A stretch of DNA of 47,018 nt from a virus. Lineage: Duplodnaviria; Caudoviricetes. Below the pieces are notes generated by a model, which was not told the DNA's origin, ran no database searches, and saw only the letters and a program-made list of their open reading frames with translations. The stretch spans positions 1 through 47,018 of the IMG/VR virus record IMGVR_UViG_3300005611_000050; one strand, written 5' to 3'. Both the position numbers and the translations under genes were made by a program. Position 1 is the stretch's first letter; the number at the start of each line of letters is the position of its first letter. Shown piece by piece: positions 8,960-18,538 of this stretch.

Positions 8960-9146
8960 CGTCTTCTGTTTTCTCCAGCAGGGTTTTCATTTCGTCGATG
9001 GCAGTGGCAACACCCTGAAGCTCCCCTACCATACTGCGATACTGCTCATAGTTCTGAGCAATACCGTTTGCCAATTGATCCCGTAAATCGAATTCACGTT
9101 CTCGTAGGACTTTATACAATGATTGTGCGAATTGAACAACATCCAT
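8916..9146 (-). CDS. Hypothetical helical protein
   Basis: 76 aa; Y..Y...VG...G motif; coupled to the upstream gene. Confidence 0.7.
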   Translation of the reverse strand: MDVVQFAQSLYKVLREREFDLRDQLANGIAQNYEQYRSMVGELQGVATAIDEMKTLLEKTEDDVEDLFASSGARRR

Positions 9147-9514
9147 TATAAAATATCATGCTCCGATCCATCGTCCGCATCAGTGATCGGACCGCCTTCA
9201 GCCCAGCTATCACATGTATGATCCGCACTGCACATGAACTTGTACATCTGACAGTACCCAAGATTTGGGTTGTTGCCCATGCACTCCATGATCTCATGTG
9301 TTTGGTTAAAAGCAGCACAGTTTCCACAGACATCTGAAAGCTTGAACCCGCCATCGTTCTGCGGATCACGGTAGTTTGCTTCTTCTACCGCTACCTGCTT
9401 GTTCTCTTCATTGACCTCTGGGTCTTGCGTAGCGACTGGACAGGTCTTCCCGTCCTCGCTTTCTTCCATCTTGTCAACAGGCATACCGCCCATTGTAATC
9501 GTGATGCTGTACAT
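9146..9514 (-). CDS. Cys-rich protein with HiPIP-like motif
   Basis: NYR...CGNCAAF...GYC......C.....CDSW; TAATG coupling at both ends. Confidence 0.6.
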   Translation of the reverse strand: MYSITITMGGMPVDKMEESEDGKTCPVATQDPEVNEENKQVAVEEANYRDPQNDGGFKLSDVCGNCAAFNQTHEIMECMGNNPNLGYCQMYKFMCSADHTCDSWAEGGPITDADDGSEHDIL

Positions 9515-9894
9515 TAGAACGTACCTTTGAAGCCTTTGCCAGATACCTGAAAGCCTTTGCAGCCGCGGACCATACCGCCATCAGCAAACCCTTGCTCACG
9601 CGCAGATTCTTCAAACTTCATCATACGCTCCTCGGCACCCGGATCACGGAATTCAAGACGCTTTTCATCGCGCTTACCTTTTGTAGGATACTTAGCCTGA
9701 ATGTCACCTTGCTTCATTGCACCCAAAGATCTTAACGCTTTTTCAACGGCCTCAGTTCTGCCTTTCTTATTGATGCGTTCAATCTTGACCTTGCCGCCTT
9801 TTTCAAAGCCTTCAACACCACGGCCTTTTAAAACGTCTTTTCTCGTGACCTTACCGTCACCTGTCAAATCTGGAAACTTTTTACCCGGCATCAC
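9514..9894 (-). CDS. Basic late protein with a DxxGDG loop and two F-x-x-GG-x-V motifs
   Basis: PDLTGDGKVTRKD; FEKGGKV; FADGGMV. Confidence 0.7.
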   Translation of the reverse strand: MMPGKKFPDLTGDGKVTRKDVLKGRGVEGFEKGGKVKIERINKKGRTEAVEKALRSLGAMKQGDIQAKYPTKGKRDEKRLEFRDPGAEERMMKFEESAREQGFADGGMVRGCKGFQVSGKGFKGTF

Positions 9895-10271
9895 TTCTTA
9901 CCCTTCTTGAGACCCATGATCTTGTCTGCAGACTTTAATCCAAAACTAGCACTGACTGCAATGAATAGCAGGTACTGGTACCACTCCGGCAAACTGTTTA
10001 AAGCTGCAAACCCTTGATTAACACGGTCGATGATTGATACATCATCAATCGCTACGCTATATGCTACAGCAACGATTGGAAGAGCGAGGATAATTGACCA
10101 AAACTCGTCCTTCCAACTGTTAGACGTAGCGTCAGCCATCTTGTTTTCCCAGTCCGCGTCGTTCTGAATCGCACTGATCTTTCGTTGTTGAATCGCTTTC
10201 TTCTCTTCCGCTTTGCCCTTGACGAAATCTTTTGCGAGGTCTATGGCGGGGCCGATGAGCATGTTTAACAT
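9891..10271 (-). CDS. Holin-like membrane protein (3TM gene-transfer-release holin type)
   Basis: SWKDE motif, hydrophobic helices, LPEWY...SFG. Confidence 0.65.
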   Translation of the reverse strand: MLNMLIGPAIDLAKDFVKGKAEEKKAIQQRKISAIQNDADWENKMADATSNSWKDEFWSIILALPIVAVAYSVAIDDVSIIDRVNQGFAALNSLPEWYQYLLFIAVSASFGLKSADKIMGLKKGKK

Positions 10272-10273
10272 GG

Positions 10274-10588
10274 TTAGTCACCTTTCTTAGATAAAGCACT
10301 TGCACCAAAGAACGCCGAAACCAACACAGCAATTGAAGCGAAATACGTTGGAGCAATATCAGCAATCAAGGTAGCGGCTGTACCCATAGCGAAGGCATCA
10401 GCAAGAAAAATACCAAATGGATACAGTAGAAGACCAAACAGAGCAAACCAAGCCATCTTACGGATAGAATCACGTTGGGCATCTGAATCTTCCATCTTTC
10501 GACGCATGTCTTCCAACATAATCTTGCGTTCTTCAGCATCGATAACACCGTCGCCGTTCAAGTCGTATTTTTGCATTTCTTCAGTCAT
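10274..10588 (-). CDS. Membrane protein with an EF-hand-like loop
   Basis: DLNGDGVIDAEE followed by two transmembrane helices. Confidence 0.7.
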   Translation of the reverse strand: MTEEMQKYDLNGDGVIDAEERKIMLEDMRRKMEDSDAQRDSIRKMAWFALFGLLLYPFGIFLADAFAMGTAATLIADIAPTYFASIAVLVSAFFGASALSKKGD

Positions 10589-10770
10589 TGCATTGTAATC
10601 TCATTTGTTTTGATGCAGATTGCATCGTAATTCATCTTCGGTTGTGGTGCAGATTGCATTACAACATCCCGCGCTTCAAAGCACTCTTCCATTGTCATGT
10701 AGTGACCTTGCGGCATTACATAATACCGTTCAGCCTCCAATAATAAAACAAACAGTACCCATGTGATCAT
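10585..10770 (-). CDS. Small exported/membrane-anchored protein
   Basis: 61 aa; hydrophobic N-terminus, two Cys; GGAG RBS. Confidence 0.55.
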   Translation of the reverse strand: MITWVLFVLLLEAERYYVMPQGHYMTMEECFEARDVVMQSAPQPKMNYDAICIKTNEITMQ

Positions 10771-10954
10771 GTCTATACTCCTTGACTCTCCCGAGCCTGT
10801 CGTAGACTGTTAAGTCTGGCGTCGATCCTTTCGAGGGCTTCTGCCAGTCGATAAATGGCTGTTCCTTTGAACTTGCTTGGGCAGGTGTTAAGGGAGACAC
10901 AACGTCTGGCTTCCTCCAAGCTGGATGAAAAGGACTGATAAATAGATCGCTCAC
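10730..10954 (-). CDS. Hypothetical protein
   Basis: 74 aa starting right after the upstream stop; alternative frame 10773..10958 is possible. Confidence 0.45.
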   Translation of the reverse strand: MSDLFISPFHPAWRKPDVVSPLTPAQASSKEQPFIDWQKPSKGSTPDLTVYDRLGRVKEYRHDHMGTVCFIIGG

Positions 10955-11404
10955 TCACTTGCCCTTAAGACCAATAATAAACAGTAGTAAGGCCACGGCC
11001 CCGCCCACAACACCGAGCACAGCAACGCCAACACCAGTCCAAACAAGTCCATCACGAATGGCTTTCTTTCGAGCAGCCTTCTTAGCTTCTGCACGCTTAC
11101 GCTCGTTTTCTCTTAGCTGTTTACGATTTGCAATGAATGTGCAGTAATCATCCCAAAGACCGGGGCGTCCTGCATAGATGAATTGACGTTTGATTTCAGC
11201 CTCATGTCTCTTGATGTCCTCAAGAGCCCAAAAAGCTTCCATGTCCCCGCTGGCTGCGGCTTTCTGGATTTCTTCTTTGGAATCGGCGAGCTTGGTAAGA
11301 TCTTTACCCATCTCGCCTACAGATTGAACGTGGCCTGCGAACTCTTTGATGGCCCCTATCGCTTCATTTGCAATTTTAATTGCAGCAATGGCCTCAAAGA
11401 TCAT
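10955..11404 (-). CDS. Hypothetical protein with C-terminal transmembrane helix
   Basis: 149 aa; AGGAG RBS; hydrophobic C-terminus. Confidence 0.7.
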   Translation of the reverse strand: MIFEAIAAIKIANEAIGAIKEFAGHVQSVGEMGKDLTKLADSKEEIQKAAASGDMEAFWALEDIKRHEAEIKRQFIYAGRPGLWDDYCTFIANRKQLRENERKRAEAKKAARKKAIRDGLVWTGVGVAVLGVVGGAVALLLFIIGLKGK

Positions 11405-11415
11405 CGCAGCATCTC

Positions 11416-13878
11416 CTATGTCGTGTTACGTCTCATCATGTTCTCTCTCTGCATGGCGATACGTTCCATGTTCACGTCGTTGCGATTATCTGCAATCTCT
11501 TCTTGAGACTCAATTCTAGCAGCATCGGTTGCTGCACGCTGCATCATTTTTTGACGCTCGATCTCGAGATTTGCCTGATCAACCTTAGACCGGCGTTCTA
11601 CATCGGCTGCCTTAATAGCAAGCTCTTGCTGGCGAATAGCAACCAATGGGTCTTGTTCGCCCTGCTGTTGTGGACTGATCTGCTGCATAACCTGAGCAAG
11701 CAGTTCTGCCTGAACCTGAGCAACACGCGTTTCGATCTGCTCTGGTGGGATTTGAGGCTGAACCTGAGCCATCCGTGGATCAATCGCCCCCATTTGAGCG
11801 GCCCCCTGTAATTCAAGAGTCATCTGCTTAATTTCTTCTTCAACCATCATCCGAGCCTTGAATGCAATGTGCTCTTGAATGTGAGCCAAGAACATTCCAT
11901 AAGCTTGTGGCGACGCCTGCACTAACGGTGTCTGCATCAGTACAACGTGAGCCATGATGTGTGCATCATGATCCTGCTCTGGAAACGCCTGTAAAAGCTG
12001 CCCGCTCAATCCACGAGCATTCTCAATTGCCGGATCTGTTGGCTGAGGCTGCGGTGGAGGCGGTAAGATATCGTCGATGTTCTGAACTTCCAATGCCTGA
12101 TACATACGTTTGTACGCCGCATGCAGGTTGTGCATCTCAGGATTAGACTGAGCCAACTGCAACTGAGTCTGCGCGAGTGTTACACGTTGCGCCATCGAGA
12201 AGATGTTCGGGTCAGAAACAGGCAGTACATCAACACGGTCGTCAAAGTCTGACTGCATGATCGTGGCATCACCACCCGGTACCATATACGGGTACTGCTG
12301 TGGCATGTAATCACGAATGATGCCTGCTAACAGACGGAACTCGGTCTTCTGTGCGTAATGCAACCGCTTATGGATCGCACTCATCACCTTCATGCCGCGC
12401 TCAAGTAGCGCGACTGTTGTACCTACAGGCTGTTGCTGTGATCCCGGTGAGCCGGTTTGCTGGTCGGCAATGGAAACAAACCGCCGCCCAGATTCAATAA
12501 GGACTCCCAAAAGTTGCGCCAACGTCGCCGACGGTTCTTTGTACGGGAGTGGGATAATTGAATTCCGTATGTCTCCGCCAGGAGCGTCAATGTCCCTGAA
12601 CTCGCCAGGGGCAATCGGTTCATCGTCGTTACGAACGCGGATACCCCGCGCCTTGAATCCGGAAGGTAAGTTCGCCAATGTACCCGCATCGATCAACTGC
12701 CTCAAAATTGAAGTGGCTGCTTTGCCCAGCCCTCCAATCATGTGGATCAGGCCGAACCCATAGAACCCCAATCCCGGCAAGAACTTGTAATGAACGAAGT
12801 ACTGTTGCTTACGCTTCAGCGGGTCGCCTTCTTCATAGTTCCTGCGGATGGACAGCACCTCGCCCGAACTTTGGTCGATGGTGACAATATACGGAAGCTT
12901 GACCCCCGTAGGCTCGCCATTCTGATCTAAGTCCTCGAAACCTTCAATATCTAAATCCGTGTGGATTTCAAAAATCGTCAGGACATCATCTGATGATTCT
13001 GATTTGTCTATTCCCTGAAGCTCGCGAACCTTGTCTTTAACTGTGTCATCTTCTTCGTCATAGCCAGTCTGAAGATCAACATCTCTGTAGAAACCAACAA
13101 CTTGTAGCTTGCGAACTTGATTTTCGTCCATGCGAAGAATGTGTGTAACCCGCGATGAAGTTGCAAGATCACTCGTCGTGTAGGGGACAACCAAGTCTTC
13201 GGCAGGCACAAATCGAGATACCGGTCTTTGTTTTGTTTCATCGTAGTAAACCTTTTTAAACGTCGATCCACACAGCGGTAAATAGAACAGCATCTGATCC
13301 GTGTCAGGATCGTACTCTTCCATCACCTCAGTCACCATGTAGTTCATGAAGTTCTTAACACGGGTAGCCTGATCTTCGATCTCTGGAGTCTTCGCGCCAA
13401 TAACTTCAGCCCGAACTGGCCCGCCCGCTGGCAGTAATTCTTTGTATGCCTGAGCTTGGAACTGAGTGACCGACTCAGCAATAATCGGATGCGTTACCCC
13501 TGATGCCCCTTGAAAGGGTTGGCTACGCTCTTTTGTTTTGACTCCGAGCAGGTCGAGACCTTGAGTGTAGGCTTCTTGCCACTCGCTTCGTGAATCTTGA
13601 TCGTCTTCGACTCTTGCTCGAAGGTCGCTCGATATTTCACCCAAGATTGATTCATCAAGAATTTCAGCAAGGTTGGCATTATGGTCGTATTCTTCTGTGA
13701 CAACTTCGGCTCCTTCCTCTCCCATCAATGCTTGGATGATCGCGCCACCCGCGCCATCGTCCATAATTTCAGCACCGCCAGCAAAATCCTCCGGCTGTGA
13801 AATATCCACTTCCATTCCTGGGACCGCTTCGATGGAGCTGTCCACCATGCCTTGCATCATATTCGAGGGAACTGACAT
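11416..13878 (-). CDS. Portal protein
   Basis: 820 aa directly after TerL; LPLCGSTFKKVY and GFYGFGL motifs; long Gln-rich helical C-terminus (P22-like barrel). Confidence 0.88.
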   Translation of the reverse strand: MSVPSNMMQGMVDSSIEAVPGMEVDISQPEDFAGGAEIMDDGAGGAIIQALMGEEGAEVVTEEYDHNANLAEILDESILGEISSDLRARVEDDQDSRSEWQEAYTQGLDLLGVKTKERSQPFQGASGVTHPIIAESVTQFQAQAYKELLPAGGPVRAEVIGAKTPEIEDQATRVKNFMNYMVTEVMEEYDPDTDQMLFYLPLCGSTFKKVYYDETKQRPVSRFVPAEDLVVPYTTSDLATSSRVTHILRMDENQVRKLQVVGFYRDVDLQTGYDEEDDTVKDKVRELQGIDKSESSDDVLTIFEIHTDLDIEGFEDLDQNGEPTGVKLPYIVTIDQSSGEVLSIRRNYEEGDPLKRKQQYFVHYKFLPGLGFYGFGLIHMIGGLGKAATSILRQLIDAGTLANLPSGFKARGIRVRNDDEPIAPGEFRDIDAPGGDIRNSIIPLPYKEPSATLAQLLGVLIESGRRFVSIADQQTGSPGSQQQPVGTTVALLERGMKVMSAIHKRLHYAQKTEFRLLAGIIRDYMPQQYPYMVPGGDATIMQSDFDDRVDVLPVSDPNIFSMAQRVTLAQTQLQLAQSNPEMHNLHAAYKRMYQALEVQNIDDILPPPPQPQPTDPAIENARGLSGQLLQAFPEQDHDAHIMAHVVLMQTPLVQASPQAYGMFLAHIQEHIAFKARMMVEEEIKQMTLELQGAAQMGAIDPRMAQVQPQIPPEQIETRVAQVQAELLAQVMQQISPQQQGEQDPLVAIRQQELAIKAADVERRSKVDQANLEIERQKMMQRAATDAARIESQEEIADNRNDVNMERIAMQRENMMRRNTT

Positions 13879-15350
13879 CAGTAATACTCTCTCACTCTAG
13901 GAATATCGTTTTCTTCATCGCCGTCTTCACCGTCTAAGAAGACAAACCCACCTTGACGGAAGCGAATCAACGCCATCGTCATACTATCGACCAAGTCATC
14001 ATAGTCACCCATCGGAAATGCAGCGCATTCTTCAATGACTTCGTCGGCAAAAGACTTTTCAGGTGCCCAAACCATACCCGCTTCAAATAGCGGTGCGACG
14101 GTGTGCATCCGCGTGACCTTATCACGGCCTTTCGACGGAGTATAATTCACAACAGGTATCCCTGTCCTCCGCAATTCATCACTGAGCGGCGTACCTGTGG
14201 CCTTGGCTTCAATCAAAACCATGTCTGGTTCCCAGTAATCATGCTCTTCAAGGGCCACTTCCTTCAATTCGGGGAAGTTCCATCGTCCTTTCCGCGCATC
14301 CAATAGGATAATATGGTCTGAACCTCCTTCCTCTGGCTCAAATATTCCCCATGTGGTAATGGCGGAATAGTCCGCGGTCTCTTTCTTCGAGAACGCAGTA
14401 TCATAGCTCTGCAAGACATACTTGATCGGCGGGACATCCTCTTTTTCCCAGACACGCCACCATTCCTTCTTAACAATCGCCCCTTCAGACGCTGTTGGTT
14501 GCTGTTGCCACTGTGCATTCCACTTCGCAAGCGGAAGAGCAGCCTTAACCTTGAGCAAATCGTCCTTATTCCAGAACTCAGGCCACAATGGTTCGTCCGA
14601 TGGCATGATTGCAGGGAACTCAACGACCTCCCACTCGTCCGACATCACGTCTTCGCCCTGTGCTTTGAGCAAACGACCGGTCAAATCCTTGGTTCCCCAC
14701 CGAGTCATGACCACAATGATGGCTCCGCCCGGTTGCAAACGCTGTCGAGGACCAGATGTGTACCATTCGTAAGCATGATCGAACGCAGTTTCGGATAATG
14801 CGTCTTGTTCCGAGTGCGGATCGTCAATAATAAACAAATCAGCACCACGACCAGTCACCGCGGCACCCACACCAGCGGCAAAATATTCGCCGCCCTCGGC
14901 AGTTCCCCATCGACCGGCTGCTTTGTCATCAGATTTTAAGTGAGTATTTGTGAAAATATCACGATAAATCTCAGAACCCATCAAATCACGCACTTTCCTA
15001 CCAAAACGCACAGCAAGTTCTGTATTGTGCGTGGCCTGAATGATCTTCAACTTCGGATTTCGGCCCAAGAACCATGCTGGCATGAGATAAGAAGCGAATT
15101 CAGACTTGGAATGACGCGGTGGCATGTTAACAATTAGCCGTTTCAGTTCACCTTTTGCAATGCGTTCCAGTTTTTCTGCAATGATTCGGTGGTGACGGCC
15201 CTCAATGAAGCCGTCATAGACGTGATGAACGAAGGGCATGAACTGATCTTGCGCTTTCTCACGCGTTTCGAGGCGGATTTCCGCCTCTTTCAGTGAGAGA
15301 ATCTCCTTGAGAACCTCTTCAGGTAACGCTTCGAGTGCTGCTTGGTCCAT
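13878..15350 (-). CDS. terL: Terminase large subunit
   Basis: Walker A variant NMPPRHSKS, Walker B FIIDDP, coupling motif VMTRW, nuclease SYDTA and DDLVD. Confidence 0.95.
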   Translation of the reverse strand: MDQAALEALPEEVLKEILSLKEAEIRLETREKAQDQFMPFVHHVYDGFIEGRHHRIIAEKLERIAKGELKRLIVNMPPRHSKSEFASYLMPAWFLGRNPKLKIIQATHNTELAVRFGRKVRDLMGSEIYRDIFTNTHLKSDDKAAGRWGTAEGGEYFAAGVGAAVTGRGADLFIIDDPHSEQDALSETAFDHAYEWYTSGPRQRLQPGGAIIVVMTRWGTKDLTGRLLKAQGEDVMSDEWEVVEFPAIMPSDEPLWPEFWNKDDLLKVKAALPLAKWNAQWQQQPTASEGAIVKKEWWRVWEKEDVPPIKYVLQSYDTAFSKKETADYSAITTWGIFEPEEGGSDHIILLDARKGRWNFPELKEVALEEHDYWEPDMVLIEAKATGTPLSDELRRTGIPVVNYTPSKGRDKVTRMHTVAPLFEAGMVWAPEKSFADEVIEECAAFPMGDYDDLVDSMTMALIRFRQGGFVFLDGEDGDEENDIPRVREYY

Positions 15351-17596
15351 TAACTAACCGGGAAAAGGGGCGAAAACCGTTTCGATGCCTGATAGCTCGG
15401 ACGTAAACGTGTCGGTGCCAAGCTCGGCAGTCCCGTGTAAGCATACGAAATTGGTCCACGCTGCTGATATTGATAGGGCTGAACAAGCACTCGACCCTGA
15501 TCATCAACGACAGGAGCTTCTGGCGGTTGCTCAACCGGAGGTGGTAAAATTTGTTGACCACCGTCACCGCCTTGCATCTCTCGTTGTTGCTCGTCTATTG
15601 TACGCTGGCGAGCGTACAGTTCCTCAATATTCTCAGGTGTCCCACCCGTGAAAATATCTCCTATCCGATCCATCATGCCTGCACTGTCATAAACAACATT
15701 GCCTCTGGCATCATAAGCCGCGGTCCGACCACCTTCACCAATCGGTCCGCCAGCAGTCACTACATCTAATCCTTGCGGGTTGTAGTTAGCTGTGCCTTCA
15801 GGAACTGGACTGCCATCAATCGTACGAATACCGCGCTCCGCAATTGCATTGGCTAAAGCAGCGTCTGGATTGAAAAGCGCGTCCGCAACTCCTTCAAGCA
15901 CTCCAACACCCGTCGGAATCTTCGCGCCAAATACATCAATTGAGCCCGGAAGTCCTGTGTCAAAACCAAACTGCTTGTCTCTGTAAGCTTCTGCTCGTGC
16001 AGCTTCAAGATTGGCTTGAGCTTCCGCTAACGTGTAATCCGGGGCCCGAGGATCTTGGCCCGCGATTTCTCTTCTTTCGGCTGTGGCACCTATAGGAATG
16101 CCAGTCATTTCTGCATCAACACCTTGCTGAGACATACGCTCGGCATCTGTCAAAGTTGCAGCCTGTGGAGTGGCTATGCCACGCCCGCCATAAATTGCTT
16201 CGTCTTCTGGCTGCTCTTGGAATTGATTTGTGTCCGCGATCTCATATTCCCCGGGACTGAAGTAACCTTCACGATCCTTCTGCATTGCCCTATCTAAAGT
16301 CACCGGAGTTCTGTTTGCAGCAGCAGTTGATCTAGCAATTAAATCATTAGCTAACTGCATCTGCTCAAGGTCAAACTGCTGTGGGCTGTCGGACATGACT
16401 CCCGCAGAAATGCGCGGGTCGAAAGTTCCTTGGACCGAGGGCTGAACATCAAAAGTCTGTGACCCCGTCAAAGCCAGCTCTTGCGGTGTCCGACTGGTCG
16501 AGACCGCTGGACCGGTTAACCCAATAATCCCCGCAACTTCTTGTGCCGGAACACCAGTTTCCAGCTCAACTTCTTTCGATACTTGAGATAACACCTGTTC
16601 TGCAGGAGTTCCGGGTTGTGCTTGAGGCTGAAGACCTCCTTCTAACACGTTGCTTGGTTCAAAGACATCAATGTCGTCCATGAACAAGCTGCCACCCATT
16701 ACTGGATCGGCGCGTACGCCTTCTGCCACACGTCCGGGGACAGCTTGGTCCAAAATACCAGAAGCAATTTGCGCGACTTCAGGGGTTAGTCCGGGAGTGA
16801 CCTGACGAGCAGCCTCAACTTTTGCCGGTTCCAATGCCGCTTGAGTTATTGCCGTGCCTTGAGGTCCTTGGTCCGCGGCCCGCGAACCGGGAGTCGTGCC
16901 AAAACCTTCACCAAAATCTGTTCCTGCCGCACCCCTAATCGCATCCATAATCGAAGAAGTGTCAGTGCCTGCAGCCTTAGCAGCTTCTTGAACTGAACGG
17001 CTAGACGTGACAGGTGTCCCATCCCTTGAGCGGACAATGTTTCCATTGTTCGTTACAAATACATCCGAAGGAACTCCGGCCTTGGCCGCCGCAGCTTCTG
17101 CTTCAGTTTGCTTTGCAGTAGTTCCTGCGGAACCAGCTCCAAGTGCAGGACCTTCAGCGGGGCCAATACTTGGCCCGGGGCCATAGCCAATTGGCCCAAA
17201 GCCGCGGCCTGCCGCTCCACCTGGGTCAAATACATTTACACCCGCGGCAATTGAACCTACCGCTTGGTCATAACTATCAGCGACGCTTTGTGAAGGGCTG
17301 CCGAAACCGGAACGGTCTACACCCGGAGTCGCATCAATAGAGTTGGGAATACCGTCGCCGTCATTATCGTTTAACGAACCACCTCGGCCAACACCGCCAG
17401 ACATGCCAGAAGTGACAGATTGGCCTGCGGCTTGTTGTTGAGACATGTTTTCAAAGTCAGCGGAAATCTGATCTAGCTCATTCATCTGAGCGTCTTGCGT
17501 ACTCGGTCCGCCCGTGTCGCTGTCAGAAGGCCCACCAAAGCAGAAAAGCATTTCTTCCATTGGGTTGTCAGAAGGGTGTAAGGGGTTCAGTCTCAT
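15350..17596 (-). CDS. 748-aa acidic Gly/Ala/Pro-rich protein; probable virion/ejected protein and candidate acylation substrate
   Basis: Overlaps the acyltransferase stop (ATGA) and the terL start (TAATG); CFGG near the N-terminus; DNDGDGIPNSIDATPG Ca-binding-like motif. Confidence 0.75.
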   Translation of the reverse strand: MRLNPLHPSDNPMEEMLFCFGGPSDSDTGGPSTQDAQMNELDQISADFENMSQQQAAGQSVTSGMSGGVGRGGSLNDNDGDGIPNSIDATPGVDRSGFGSPSQSVADSYDQAVGSIAAGVNVFDPGGAAGRGFGPIGYGPGPSIGPAEGPALGAGSAGTTAKQTEAEAAAAKAGVPSDVFVTNNGNIVRSRDGTPVTSSRSVQEAAKAAGTDTSSIMDAIRGAAGTDFGEGFGTTPGSRAADQGPQGTAITQAALEPAKVEAARQVTPGLTPEVAQIASGILDQAVPGRVAEGVRADPVMGGSLFMDDIDVFEPSNVLEGGLQPQAQPGTPAEQVLSQVSKEVELETGVPAQEVAGIIGLTGPAVSTSRTPQELALTGSQTFDVQPSVQGTFDPRISAGVMSDSPQQFDLEQMQLANDLIARSTAAANRTPVTLDRAMQKDREGYFSPGEYEIADTNQFQEQPEDEAIYGGRGIATPQAATLTDAERMSQQGVDAEMTGIPIGATAERREIAGQDPRAPDYTLAEAQANLEAARAEAYRDKQFGFDTGLPGSIDVFGAKIPTGVGVLEGVADALFNPDAALANAIAERGIRTIDGSPVPEGTANYNPQGLDVVTAGGPIGEGGRTAAYDARGNVVYDSAGMMDRIGDIFTGGTPENIEELYARQRTIDEQQREMQGGDGGQQILPPPVEQPPEAPVVDDQGRVLVQPYQYQQRGPISYAYTGLPSLAPTRLRPSYQASKRFSPLFPVS

Positions 17597-17997
17597 GCGA
17601 TCATCCAGCCAAATCTGTTCTGTTCAGTACGGTATATCCTAAACTTGGTCCCCTTCGGGAACTCTCTCCGCAACGCTCGAACAATATTCCGGCAGAACCC
17701 GAATGGAGCAGCGAAGTCAATTGCCCATAGAGTACCATCTTCTGACTCGAAATCACTAGCAAGGATACTGGACGGCTTCTCCATGTATGCCTTTTCGCGG
17801 TCCGGGGGCAGATAAGTCCAAGTAAATATCCCTGCAGGACGGTTTTGATTATCGTAAATCACTCGCAACCGGTCATTCTTGATCGCCGCAATAAAGTAAT
17901 TGTTGATATGTTCAAGGTCCGCGGACCGGTGATAGTGGCTGCAACGTAATACGAGCAGTGCGTCTAGCAATAATTGCGTATTGGAATGAAAATACAT
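17593..17997 (-). CDS. RTX toxin-activating lysine acyltransferase family protein (HlyC/TAAT-like)
   Basis: From ATG 17997 (134 aa): S20-x-x-H23, P.G..TW.YL, W.ID94F.APFG and F...R align with HlyC SPLH, SWA.L, WFIDWIAPFG and FRAIR. Confidence 0.88.
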   Translation of the reverse strand: MYFHSNTQLLLDALLVLRCSHYHRSADLEHINNYFIAAIKNDRLRVIYDNQNRPAGIFTWTYLPPDREKAYMEKPSSILASDFESEDGTLWAIDFAAPFGFCRNIVRALRREFPKGTKFRIYRTEQNRFGWMIA

Positions 17998-18034
17998 TGT
18001 AATTTTTTCTCGGACCTCGGGACTCCTATTGCTT

Positions 18035-18063
18035 ATTCTGCACAACTTCTTGCTGCGGGACAA
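18035..18063 (-). promoter_or_regulatory. Putative sigma70 promoter of the acyltransferase-terL-portal operon
   Basis: TTGTCC-17 bp-CAGAAT on the minus strand. Confidence 0.45.
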
Positions 18064-18266
18064 GGGTACCCGGGCTCCAATGGAAAAACCTGGCATTGAA
18101 TCTATAGAACTAACTGCAAGGACCGTGCCAAGTTTGTACCGGTCTCCATTTAGGGGGTGCCCCTCGACGCGCACGCGGTGCGTGTACACTTTTTGACCAA
18201 GTTACCCCCAGCCCTCGAGCGTTGTGCACTGCACCAAACGTATTAGACCAATTAGTACATAAATAC

Positions 18267-18296
18267 TTGTGTATTCTTGTGTAGGTATGGTATGAT
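18267..18296 (+). promoter_or_regulatory. Early promoter P1
   Basis: TTGTGT-18 bp-TATGAT with TGn extension; upstream block shared with P2. Confidence 0.7.
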
Positions 18297-18322
18297 GATC
18301 CCATCATCACAAAGGAGGACTA

Positions 18323-18538
18323 ATGATGATTACACAACACCAAGCGCGTAAATACGCAAAAGCCACTGGCTTCGAGAAGCTCGCATTGATCGACGACATG
18401 ATCAAGGCTTTGACTGCGAGCAAGAAAGAGTTGCGCGACCAATTGGTCGAAGCAGGACAGGCCGAGTACCGCGAAGTATTCGTTGACGAATACACGGTCA
18501 AGGCTTTCACCCGCAAGACGTTCAAGCGTCTTGCATAA
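18323..18538 (+). CDS. Early hypothetical protein (cassette 1)
   Basis: AAGGAGGACTA RBS; 71 aa. Confidence 0.8.
   Translation: MMITQHQARKYAKATGFEKLALIDDMIKALTASKKELRDQLVEAGQAEYREVFVDEYTVKAFTRKTFKRLA

Noticed and set aside
15350-17596. RTX toxin
   Set aside because: No GGxGxDxL nonapeptide repeats, no Gly-Lys site found, no type I secretion genes
17998-18189. 64-aa N-terminal extension of the acyltransferase given in the ORF track
   Set aside because: HlyC similarity and residue numbering begin at Met 17997, and a promoter candidate lies within the extension
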